Positions 18,976 to 30,588 of a DNA stretch of 32,000 nt are shown here, one piece after another. Position 1 is the stretch's first letter. The number at the start of each line of letters is the position of its first letter. The stretch comes from an uncultured archaeon (lineage in GTDB: Archaea > Iainarchaeota > Iainarchaeia > Iainarchaeales > Iainarchaeaceae), in the NCBI GenBank assembly GCA_964577555.1, contig CAZNZM010000009.1, positions 7,379-39,378 of the forward strand, in the 5' to 3' direction. The position numbers and the translations under genes are program-made. Under the pieces are notes generated by a model, which made no database searches, was not told where the DNA came from, and saw only the letters and a list, made by a program, of their open reading frames with translations.

Positions 18976-19665
18976 TCATCCCTTAAGCCATTTTACAGCC
19001 GCATAAACAAAAGGAGTGTTTATTATTGAAAGAGAAAGTTTCAAACCCAAATACGGCAGTGCCAATGAAACCACAAACCAAAAATCATATCCTTTTATCA
19101 AACCAAAGAAATTCCAAAAAGCCAAAAACATGAAACAAAAAGTGTCAATCGTCTGTCCAATAAAATTGCTGGCGTTAACCCTGAACCAAAGAAATTTGCC
19201 TCTCATTGATTCTTTCAACCTGGTGAAGACCAATGCATCATTCAAATCTGCCAAAACAAAAGAAACAAGGCTTGCAAAAATCATACGCATGCTTGTTGAA
19301 AAAACCGAATTGAATTGTTCAGCCTTGACCCAGCTTCTTTCCGCAAAAGGCAAAGCAGTTGAAACTATGACAAAAAAGAAAACAACTGCAAGACAAAGCG
19401 CAGTAATCCAAATCAATTCCCTTGATTTTGTCCTGCCATAAACTTCACTGATTGAATCCAATAAAAAAAATGTAAAGAAAAAAGGAATAATTCCAACACT
19501 AAAAACAATTGGAAAATCTGATAAGTACAGAAAAGATATTTTGCCTCCAATAAGGTTGGACATTATTACTGAAGAAATGAAAAGTCCAAAGAAAAAATTC
19601 AATCTAAATTCAGCTGTTAAAATTTTTTTATGCATGGATAAAAACATAATAGCAAAAACATACAA
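18976..19665 (-). CDS. Queuosine/archaeosine precursor transporter-like membrane protein (YhhQ/VUT, DUF165)
   Basis: LNFFFGLFISSVIMSNLIGGKI, FLLDSISEVYGRTKSRELIW, WFRVNASNFIGQTIDTFCFMFLAF and LGLKLSLSIINTPFVYA. Start may be internal. Confidence 0.85.
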   Translation of the reverse strand: MYVFAIMFLSMHKKILTAEFRLNFFFGLFISSVIMSNLIGGKISFLYLSDFPIVFSVGIIPFFFTFFLLDSISEVYGRTKSRELIWITALCLAVVFFFVIVSTALPFAERSWVKAEQFNSVFSTSMRMIFASLVSFVLADLNDALVFTRLKESMRGKFLWFRVNASNFIGQTIDTFCFMFLAFWNFFGLIKGYDFWFVVSLALPYLGLKLSLSIINTPFVYAAVKWLKG

Positions 19666-20011
19666 AAGTATTAAAATATTGGCTTGCGTTTTCCAATGTT
19701 TTTTAAGGCTGATTGGGATACCTGTCCATGCAAACTTTGAAAATATGAAGAATTTGGCTACTGCATTTTATTTAGTAAGTTTTAAATATGTTTTTGAATG
19801 AATTGAAGTAGTATTGGTGATTTTTTTTGAGCAAAAGAGCAAACGATACTTCTAGATTCAAAAAGACAAGAGCAAGGCAAAGATGGAAGTGGCATAAAAA
19901 AAAGATGCGCAGAAAGAAAAGAAAGCGAAGGTATATGAGAGAAAGAGCCAAGTAAATAAAAGTCATAAAACGCAAAAAATTAAAAATAATTTTTTTTAAA
20001 ATTCATTGTTT

Positions 20012-20860
20012 TTATTTAACGATTCTTTTAATAGTTTGCTTTATTTTATGGTAAGACTTGTAAGTCAACCGCAATAAGTAGTATATTGGCGGTTTTAGTT
20101 CGTTTTTTCCTTTGCCGTAGCCAAAATTTTTTATTGGCCTGAATATATAAGTCATTCCTGCATTGTGGACTATTTTTATTTTTTCGCCGCTTGGAAAATA
20201 AAATTCGCCATTAACAATCTTGAATTCGTTTTCACTAGTAGTTACTACAAAATTCCAGGTTTTATCCAAAGGCACAAAACCGACTTTATATAATATATAA
20301 TTTACTGCAATTTGTTCAGGTCCGAATTGGTCTTTGTTTATTAATATTCTGTCGAGTTCGTTTGCCAATTTTAGCATGAGTTTTTGGGGTCCAACTATCA
20401 TTCCTGCATTTATCATTCTTTTGTTTTTTATAGTGTTTTTGATTTTCTTTTCTTCATTTTTAATAAAATAATTTTCTATGAAAAAATCTTCAAATGGCGC
20501 GCCAATGTCTTCCTGGCATGCTTTGATTTTATTTGGTTTTATCTTAAATAGTTCGCTTACATCTCCTTGAAAAATTATGTCTCCGCCATCAACAGCCATT
20601 ATTTGTTTATACTTGTGTTTTTTCAAATATTTTGCCGTGTCTTTCCATCTTATGCAAGTTATGTGCCCTTTGAGTTTGCATTTTTTTACTATTGCATTAT
20701 TTTTCTTCAACGCTTTAACTTGTCTTTTGTTGAGTCCGTAATCCAATATAATTATATCAATGTTTTCCAAATTTGAATTATCTTTCAAAGATTTAAGCCA
20801 ATGATTTACAAGAAAATCGCCATATTTTTCATTGGAACTTGTAAAAATAGCGTTTTTCAT
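20012..20860 (-). CDS. Glycosyltransferase-like protein (GT-A, GT8-like)
   Basis: KYKQIMAVDGGDIIFQGDVSELF (D-x-D-like), RMINAGMIVG and FGPEQIAVNYIL, plus C-terminal HNAG. Confidence 0.65.
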   Translation of the reverse strand: MKNAIFTSSNEKYGDFLVNHWLKSLKDNSNLENIDIIILDYGLNKRQVKALKKNNAIVKKCKLKGHITCIRWKDTAKYLKKHKYKQIMAVDGGDIIFQGDVSELFKIKPNKIKACQEDIGAPFEDFFIENYFIKNEEKKIKNTIKNKRMINAGMIVGPQKLMLKLANELDRILINKDQFGPEQIAVNYILYKVGFVPLDKTWNFVVTTSENEFKIVNGEFYFPSGEKIKIVHNAGMTYIFRPIKNFGYGKGKNELKPPIYYLLRLTYKSYHKIKQTIKRIVK

Positions 20861-20953
20861 AGATCATATTATGTTGTTTAATTCCTATTTATTAAACAAT
20901 TGCTTAAATTCATTTTTGAAAGTATTATAATTGTTGTTTTTGAGTGGTGTATA

Positions 20954-21658
20954 ATGAAGGTTTCAATTGTTATTCCTGCATTAAACGAGGAAAAATATCT
21001 TCCAAAATTGCTTGATTCTTTGTCTGCACAGAAAACAAAATTCAAGTACGAGATTATAGTGGCTGATGGTTATAGCGAGGATAATACTGTTAAAATAGCA
21101 AAAAAAGCTGGTGCCAAAGTTGTAATGGAGCATAACAGGTCTGCTGCTTGGGAAAGAAATGCTGGTGCAAAAATTGCTTCTGGCGATATAATTGCTTTTG
21201 TTGATTCTGACACTATTGTTCCTAAAGATTGGGTTGAAAGAATTGGCTCTGAATTTGAAAATAGCAAAGATGTGGTAATGGTTTATGGTTGTGCTTATTT
21301 GCTTGAAGAATCAAAATTGATGAATTCATTAGTGCTTTTTTCAACTAAATTGTTTATTTCTATTCTTTCATTTTTTGGGATTCATAATGCACCTGGCTTT
21401 AACATGGCTGTTAGAAAAGACATTTATAATAAGTGTGGCGGTTTTGATACTTCGCTTTTTACTGCAGAAGACCTTGATTTGGCAAAAAAAATGTCTGTAT
21501 TTGGAAAAATCAAATTTGTTCCGGATCTCATTGTCTGGGTTTCAGCAAGAAGAATAAAAAAATGGGGGCTCTTGAAATTTGTTGGTTTTAACTTGGCAAA
21601 CTTGTTTAATTTTACTTTTAAAGGGAAAGCATCTAAAAATTACGAGAGTGTGAGATAG
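20954..21658 (+). CDS. Glycosyltransferase family 2
   Basis: MKVSIVIPALNEEKYLPKLLDSLSAQ, GDIIAFVDSDTIVPKDWV and APGFNMAVRKDIYNKCGGFDTSLFTAEDLDLAKK. ATG at 20954 preferred over 20900. Confidence 0.93.
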   Translation: MKVSIVIPALNEEKYLPKLLDSLSAQKTKFKYEIIVADGYSEDNTVKIAKKAGAKVVMEHNRSAAWERNAGAKIASGDIIAFVDSDTIVPKDWVERIGSEFENSKDVVMVYGCAYLLEESKLMNSLVLFSTKLFISILSFFGIHNAPGFNMAVRKDIYNKCGGFDTSLFTAEDLDLAKKMSVFGKIKFVPDLIVWVSARRIKKWGLLKFVGFNLANLFNFTFKGKASKNYESVR

Positions 21659-22813
21659 TTGAATATAGCTTATTTTACAGATTCTTACGAGCCGCAAATT
21701 AACGGGGTTGTAACACAAATAAATAACATGGCTAAAGAATCCTTGAGGAAAGGACACAAGTTTTTGATAGTCGCGCCTTCGCCTGACATGAATTTTAAAG
21801 AGAGATATTGCCATGGTGTCAAAGTTTTTTTAATGCCTTCAATTGCTTTGCCGACTTATAAGGATTATAGAATTTCTTATTTCAGATCTGAAAAAATTTT
21901 GAGTGAAATGAAAATTTTCAAGCCTGATGTTATCCATGTTCATACTCCTTTTGGAATAGGCTGGCTTGGTGTTTGGGTTGCAAAAAAACTCGGGGTAAGG
22001 CTTGTTGGAACTTATCACACTTTGATTCCTGATTTTTTGGTATATTTGCCAATTCCTTTTTTTAATCAAACCAATTTGGCAAAAAAATTGGCTTGGAAGT
22101 ATACTAATTGGTTTTACATGAATTGCGATGTTTTAACTACTATAACCAATGTTACAAAAAAAGAACTTGAGAAAAACGGGTTGAAAAAAATCAATGTAAT
22201 TCCGAATTCTATTGATTTTGAAAAATTTAATAAATTCAAAAAAAAAATTTACAAATCAAAAGGGTTGAAGCTTATTTATTTTGGAAGAATTAGTTATGAA
22301 AAAAATATTGATGTTCTTATATTAGCTCTTGAAAAATTGGTTTCTTATGAAAAAAATGTTTATCTCACGATAGTTGGTTCAGGGCCTGCTCTTGAAAGCT
22401 TGAAAAAATTGGTTGAAAAAAAAGGTTTGTCTGAAAGGGTTAGCTTTTTGGGGGCTGTTGGGCATGATGAACTTCCAAAAATAATTTCGCAACACGATAT
22501 TTTTGTTACTGCTTCAACAATTGAAACGCAAGGACTTACTACCATAGAATCAATGGCAATCGGCTTGCCTTGTGTTGCCGCGGATGCGCGTGCCAATTCA
22601 GAAATGATTTTGCATGGCAAAAACGGTTATTTATTCAAGCCTTTTGATGCTGTTGATTGTGCTGAAAAAATACTTTTGCTTGAGTCAGCTTCAAAAAGAA
22701 GAAAATTTGGTTTGTTTGGAATGAGATTCGTGAAAAGATTTTCTGTTGAAAAAGTTTTTGCAAGTTTTTTGGCTCTTTATTCAAAAATACAAAAAAATGC
22801 GGAAAGCAATTGA
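21659..22813 (+). CDS. Glycosyltransferase family 4 / group 1
   Basis: MNIAYFTDSYEPQINGVVTQI, VHVHTPFGIGWLG, YFGRISYEKNIDVLI and E-x7-E type SNSEMILHGKNGYLF region. TTG start directly after the GT2 stop. Confidence 0.93.
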   Translation: MNIAYFTDSYEPQINGVVTQINNMAKESLRKGHKFLIVAPSPDMNFKERYCHGVKVFLMPSIALPTYKDYRISYFRSEKILSEMKIFKPDVIHVHTPFGIGWLGVWVAKKLGVRLVGTYHTLIPDFLVYLPIPFFNQTNLAKKLAWKYTNWFYMNCDVLTTITNVTKKELEKNGLKKINVIPNSIDFEKFNKFKKKIYKSKGLKLIYFGRISYEKNIDVLILALEKLVSYEKNVYLTIVGSGPALESLKKLVEKKGLSERVSFLGAVGHDELPKIISQHDIFVTASTIETQGLTTIESMAIGLPCVAADARANSEMILHGKNGYLFKPFDAVDCAEKILLLESASKRRKFGLFGMRFVKRFSVEKVFASFLALYSKIQKNAESN

Positions 22814-23003
22814 TTATAAACAAATTCTAAGTAAAAAAACATTGTTCCTGCCAAAGTCATGCAATTGGCTGAATTTAAAAAAAAATTTTTATAGTTGAAA
22901 GGCTTCACCATGCTTTTGCTTTTGAAGAGAACAGAAAATAGGCCAACCAAATTTTTTTATAAAAAATATTTGCTTTTGAATTGTTTTTGGGATTGGTGAT
23001 TTA

Positions 23004-23200
23004 ATGAATTGGCCTAGTAAGGCTCAAACGCCTATAATAGGGCGGGGGTTTAGGAAAACAAAGCATAGAGGCCAGATTCAACGCTGGTTTTGCCAGCGTT
23101 GCAAGCACACCTTCATAGAAAAGGATGCTTTCTGGCATAAGCATAAATCTCCAGAAACAGCTAGAGAAATATTTATAAACCCTGCTTGCGACATATATAT
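23004..23200 (+). pseudogene. Decayed N-terminal zinc-ribbon of a transposase (IS remnant)
   Basis: MNWPSKAQTPIIGRGFRKTKHRGQIQRWFCQRCKHTFIEKDAFWHKHKSPETA resembles transposase N-termini of the type CPxC...RGFRxxKxRGxxQRxxCxxCxxxF. The first Cys pair reads W..K and the catalytic part is missing. Confidence 0.5.
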
Positions 23201-23223
23201 TCACGCATTTGAACCAAGAATAA

Positions 23224-23234
23224 TTTTTTTATAA
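23224..23234 (+). promoter_or_regulatory. Probable BRE/TATA promoter of the rRNA operon
   Basis: AATTTTTTTATAAGTG, the AT-rich box nearest upstream of the GC-richer rRNA leader. Confidence 0.45.
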
Positions 23235-23476
23235 GTGCTTGTGATCGCCATTTTTGGCGTGATTTGAGACCCATCTTTTGCAGTGTTGCGGAAAGCGTGC
23301 TTTCTGCACTTGGTTTAATGCAAAGATGAGTACCAAAGTTGTTTTTGGTATGATGTTGGTCTGCCAAGAGGTTTTCCGAGAGCGGAAAACTAATTATTAA
23401 ATCCGCAATCAATGAATTGCGGATCCAATTCCATTGAGTGGATATCCGAATATGCCAAAAGGCTTCTGGATTGATA

Positions 23477-24965
23477 ATTCCAGCTGATCCTGCTGGCGGA
23501 TACTGCTATCGAAGTTCGACTAAGCCATGCAAGTCTGAGAGGCCAAGTCATGGTGGTCTCTGGCGTACGGCTCAGTAACACGTGGTTAATCTACCCTAAG
23601 GAAGGGCTAATCCCGGGAAACTGGGGCTAATACCCTATAGGAATTAGCTACTGGAATATGCTTTTTCCAAAAAAATGCGCACCATGCAAGCGTTATTGCC
23701 TTAGGATGAGACTGCGGTGGATTAGGTAGTTGGCGGGGTAAATGCCCACCAAGCCGAAGATCCATACGGGCCTTGAGAGAGGTAGCCCGGAGAAGGGTAC
23801 TGAGATAAGGACCCTAGCCCTACGGGGTGCAGCAGGCGCGAAAATTCTGCAATACACGAAAGTGTGACAGAGGAACTTCGAGTGATCCCTTTGGGATCTT
23901 TTGCCAACTTTAGAAAGGTTGGCGAATAAGAGCTGGGTAATATGCGTGCCAGCCGCCGCGGTAATACGCAAGGCTCTAGTGGTATCCCCTCATATTGGGC
24001 CTAAAGCGTTCGTAGCCGGTTCGGTAAGTCTTTTGTGAAATCGGCTCTCTTAAGGAGTCGAATTGCAAAAGAAACTGCCGGGCTTGAGAATGGGAGATGT
24101 GAAGGGAATTTTCGGAGTAACGGTGAAATGTTGTGATCCCGAAAAGACCACCAGTAGCGAAGGCGCTTCACAAGAACATATCTGACGGTGAGGAACGAAA
24201 GCTGGGGGAGCGACCCGGATTAGATACCCGGTTAGTCCCAGCCGTAAACGATGCGGACTAGGTGTCCTAGCGCTCATGTAGTGCGGGGGTGCCGAAGCGA
24301 AGGTCTTAAGTCCGCCGCCTGGGGAGTATACTCGCAAGGGTGAAACTTAATGGAATTGGCGGGGACGCACTACAAGGGGTGGATGCTGCGGTTTAATTGG
24401 ACACAACGCCAGAAAACTCACCAGGGGCGACAGCAGAATGATGGACAGTCTAAAGGGCTTTCCTGACACGCTGAGAGGTGTTGTATGGTCATCGTCAGCT
24501 CGTACTATGAAGCGTCCTGTCAACTCAGGCAACGGGCGAGACCCATGCCCATAGTTGCGATCTTCTGATTCCAGGAGAGCACTCTATGGGGACTGCAGTA
24601 GCAATACTGAGGAAGGAGTGGGCAACGGTAGATCTGTATGGCCCGAATCTCCTGGGCTACACGCGGCATACAATGGACAAGACAATGAGTTGCAAACCCG
24701 AAAGGGCAAGCTAATCCCATAAACTTGTCCTCAGTTCGGATTGAGGGTTGTAACCCACCCTCATGAAGATGGAATCCCCAGTAATCGCATGTCACTATCG
24801 TGCGGTGAATAAGTCCCTGCGTCTTGCACACACCGCCCATCAAGCCAGCTGAGTGAGATTTGGATGAGGCATACCTCTTTTGAGGAATGTCGATTCCAGG
24901 TTTCGCGAGGGGGGCTAAGTTGTAACAAGGTGTCCGTAGGGGAACCTGCGGACGGATCACCTCCT
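23477..24965 (+). rRNA. 16S ribosomal RNA
   Basis: 5' ATTCCAGCTGATCCTGCTGGCGG; exact GTGCCAGCCGCCGCGGTAA at 23946-23964; GATTAGATACCC; GTACACACCGCCC-equivalent CTTGCACACACCGCCC; 3' end GGATCACCTCCT with anti-Shine-Dalgarno. Confidence 0.98.
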
Positions 24966-24971
24966 TTCAAC

Positions 24972-24993
24972 GCCTTGAATATCATTTCAAGGC
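24972..24993 (+). other. Hairpin immediately 3' of 16S
   Basis: GCCTTGAA ... TTCAAGGC perfect 8-bp inverted repeat. Confidence 0.6.
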
Positions 24994-25148
24994 AACGTGT
25001 TTTCTGCTCTTGGAACTTTGATTGGCAGACCTGCAAGCGCTTTTCATTTTTCGTTTGCAAAATTTGGAAAGTATTTGTTTTGGGCTATATATACTCTCAT
25101 ATGCAACCGGCTTTCGCCGCGGAGAGCTAGGGTTCAATGAGAATTTTT

Positions 25149-25220
25149 GGGCCCTTAGCTCAGTGGCAGAGCGCTCCGTTTGCATCGGAGAGGCCACGGG
25201 TTCAAATCCCGTAGGGTCCA
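25149..25220 (+). tRNA. tRNA-Ala (anticodon UGC) in the 16S-23S spacer
   Basis: GGGCCCTTAGCTCAGTGGCAGAGCGCTCCGTTTGCATCGGAGAGGCCACGGGTTCAAATCCCGTAGGGTCCA; cloverleaf stems pair and the loop is TTTGCAT. Confidence 0.97.
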
Positions 25221-25389
25221 AATGCTTTTCTTTTCAGGAGAAAAGAAAAGTTGTTTTTATACTTACTAAAGAAAAAATTAAATGGTTGAATTTAAGTAAG
25301 ACACAACCAAAGTTGTTTTTGGTTGTGTGATGGAGCTGATGGCATTCCCAATGCCTTTGGCTGTGAAGTCGTGCATAGGCAGACCCGTC

Positions 25390-28374
<2,985 letters not shown>

Positions 28375-28414
28375 GGGTTTCATGTCACCTTCTTTCTTTT
28401 CAAGAAAAGAAAAA

Positions 28415-28447
28415 AGCTGAACCAAAAAAAAAGAAAATGGTTCGGCT
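28415..28447 (+). terminator. Hairpin after 23S, possible terminator/processing element
   Basis: AGCTGAACC ... GGTTCGGCT, 9-bp stem with one G-U pair. Confidence 0.4.
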
Positions 28448-28453
28448 TGGTGG

Positions 28454-28498
28454 CCCAAAAAAGAAAAACGTAAATCTAATTAATTTTTCTTTTTTGGG
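28454..28498 (+). terminator. 15-bp perfect inverted repeat after 23S, possible terminator/processing element
   Basis: CCCAAAAAAGAAAAA ... TTTTTCTTTTTTGGG. Confidence 0.45.
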
Positions 28499-28712
28499 TT
28501 TTATGCACGACATCAATCACATCATTTTTGACTTAGCCGCCAGGCTGGTTGAACCAAAAAAGAAAAAAAACTTCTCGGTTTAGTGGTGAAAATAATTTGA
28601 TTGCAGAACGGTAGCAAGGTTATCGGATTTTGAGGGTGTTTATTTGTTGGCTTCTATAAAAGTCAAATTGTAGATATTATTAGGCATAATTTGTTGAAAA
28701 AGCGATTTCAAA

Positions 28713-30056
28713 TTATTTTGGCGGCGAGGCCTCAATCACAGCATATGAATTCAGCTCATTCAGGTCGTCAATACGGACTTCTTTTATGAGCAAGTTATCT
28801 GCAAGGTATTCACCAAAAAATGTGTTCAAGGTCTCGCCTTCGCACCCAGCTGCTATTAGGATTATGTTTCCGTTTTCCGCAATGCCGATGTCCGCGCATT
28901 TTTTCTTTTCAATAATATTTTCCCCAGTGTACATGGTGTATTCATGCCCAATTTCCTTGGTAGAAAATAGCAGGATTGACATGGTTTTATTAGCATAATT
29001 CCCATTGCCTCGCACATAATACCAGCGATCCAACCCACTTTTCCGTAAAGTTGCCTTTTCTCCCGCAACTATGGTTTTTTCTTCAATCATTTTTTCTTCA
29101 ATCAACTTTTGATTTGAATTTGTGATTGGCCCGTTGGCAAGGTAATTTTTCTTCGGGATGAAAACAAACCCTATTGAAACTATTAACATGAAAATAAAGA
29201 GTGAAACTATAACTCTTCTTATCCAAGCATTTTCATCACTTTTTCCCGAAAAATTTTTATTAATGTACTGTATAAAATGCCTATATCTTCCTTCCCGTAG
29301 CCATTGACCAGATGTCTGATTATAATATTCAGTTATTATATTGCCATTATTCACAATTGTCCTTGTAGGTGTTTTTGAATCAATTATCATGATATTTTTT
29401 AATGGTTTTCCATTAGAAGACTGAATAAATTGTTCCACTTTTGAAAAACCCTGCAACTTGTCAAGAGAATCCTTTAAAATTAAAAATGAATTTTCTAAAG
29501 CATAACTTGTAGTGTCTAAAGTTGATACTATTTCTAATACTATTTCTAACGTATTCGATCCTTCCAAAATTGAAATTTTTTTTATTGAACTATAAGGAAT
29601 AATTTTGTTCGTTAAATTGTTTTTTTTTATAACCACGCTGTCGCTAGTAAAACTTACATATTCGGCTTTTTCTTCTTTGAAAATTCCTTTTGGGATAATA
29701 ATCGCAAATATTAAAGTAGCCAGAAAAAAGAAAAGATAAAAAGGCTGTTTATTTATTGCAATCCAACCAAAAACAATTAGTACTATAAAGCCAACAAAAA
29801 ACATTGTAAATCCACCAACCAAATTTACGTTTTTATAGCTTAGTTTATTTTCTTTATTTTGTAGAAGAGCAAGAAGCCCAAAACAAAAAAATGTTGAACC
29901 AAAAAATAGACTCGGCAAAAGCCGTTCCATTGGCAAGCCTAAAAATTGGAATCCCATTTCAACAAATATTGAAATGAATGTCATTGCAAATGATAAAAAG
30001 CCCAAAAATCCGATTTTTTCTATAAATTTTTCATATAGTGAACTTGTCTTAAACAT
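28713..30056 (-). CDS. Orphan membrane protein, possibly with a PH-like domain between TM segments
   Basis: Several N-terminal TM helices; VSFTSDSVVIKKNNLTNKIIPYSSIKKISI resembles bacterial PH-like segments; further TM (VIVSLFIFMLIVSIGFVFI) and soluble C-terminus. Start ATG at 30056 more likely than 30101. Confidence 0.65.
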   Translation of the reverse strand: MFKTSSLYEKFIEKIGFLGFLSFAMTFISIFVEMGFQFLGLPMERLLPSLFFGSTFFCFGLLALLQNKENKLSYKNVNLVGGFTMFFVGFIVLIVFGWIAINKQPFYLFFFLATLIFAIIIPKGIFKEEKAEYVSFTSDSVVIKKNNLTNKIIPYSSIKKISILEGSNTLEIVLEIVSTLDTTSYALENSFLILKDSLDKLQGFSKVEQFIQSSNGKPLKNIMIIDSKTPTRTIVNNGNIITEYYNQTSGQWLREGRYRHFIQYINKNFSGKSDENAWIRRVIVSLFIFMLIVSIGFVFIPKKNYLANGPITNSNQKLIEEKMIEEKTIVAGEKATLRKSGLDRWYYVRGNGNYANKTMSILLFSTKEIGHEYTMYTGENIIEKKKCADIGIAENGNIILIAAGCEGETLNTFFGEYLADNLLIKEVRIDDLNELNSYAVIEASPPK

Positions 30057-30168
30057 TATAACATAACCACATTGCGAATATAAAAATTTATTCAAAAACA
30101 AGGTTCTCAGAATTATACTGCCGCGTTTGGGATATGATTTTTATACAACTTTGCAGTTTGATTTTAAC

Positions 30169-30473
30169 ATGAGACTAAAGCCAAAAAAGCAAACTCCAAA
30201 AAAAATGATGCAAAAAAAGTAAGAATTAAACCTTTGAGAGTTTATACTTTGGCCGGCAGGATTGAGGCTGGGCTTAGGCAGTTGAAAGAATATGTTAGGG
30301 AGATGAGCTTGGCTGATTCGTCATATCATGGACTTGGCGAGAAAGAAGATGCTCGCCTGAGAGAAATAGAGAAAGCATTGCTTGAAAACAGAAAGGTTTC
30401 TGAAGAAGTTGCAAAGCAAATGTTAAATGACATACTTGCAATAATGGCTAAACATGGATTATTGAAAAAATGA
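30169..30473 (+). CDS. Small conserved-looking protein, possibly needing a -1 frameshift near its N-terminus
   Basis: ATG 30169 reads MRLKPKKQTPKKMMQKK* to TAA 30220-30222; the frame ending at 30473 encodes VRIKPLRVYTLAGRIEAGLRQLKEYVREMSLADSSYHGLGEKEDARLREIEKAL.... Without a shift the only start seen is TTG 30234. Confidence 0.5.
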
Positions 30474-30588
30474 CATCTTTTATAAAATTTTAGAAAAATA
30501 TTATTTTAATGTTTACTTAAATTTCAATTAAAATAAATTTATAATAAAATCAATCAAAGCGATTTTTATTTGGCTGATTTTTTGTTTT

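Noticed and set aside
19541-19975. ORFs 19541..19801 + and 19772..19975 -
   Set aside because: The first is antisense to the DUF165-like transporter; the second is a Phe/Leu low-complexity translation of a purine-rich intergenic strand.
25224-25249. 11-bp perfect inverted repeat CTTTTCTTTTCaggaGAAAAGAAAAG after tRNA-Ala as a terminator
   Set aside because: It lies inside the operon between tRNA-Ala and 23S. A role in spacer RNA processing is at least as likely, so it is not called a terminator.
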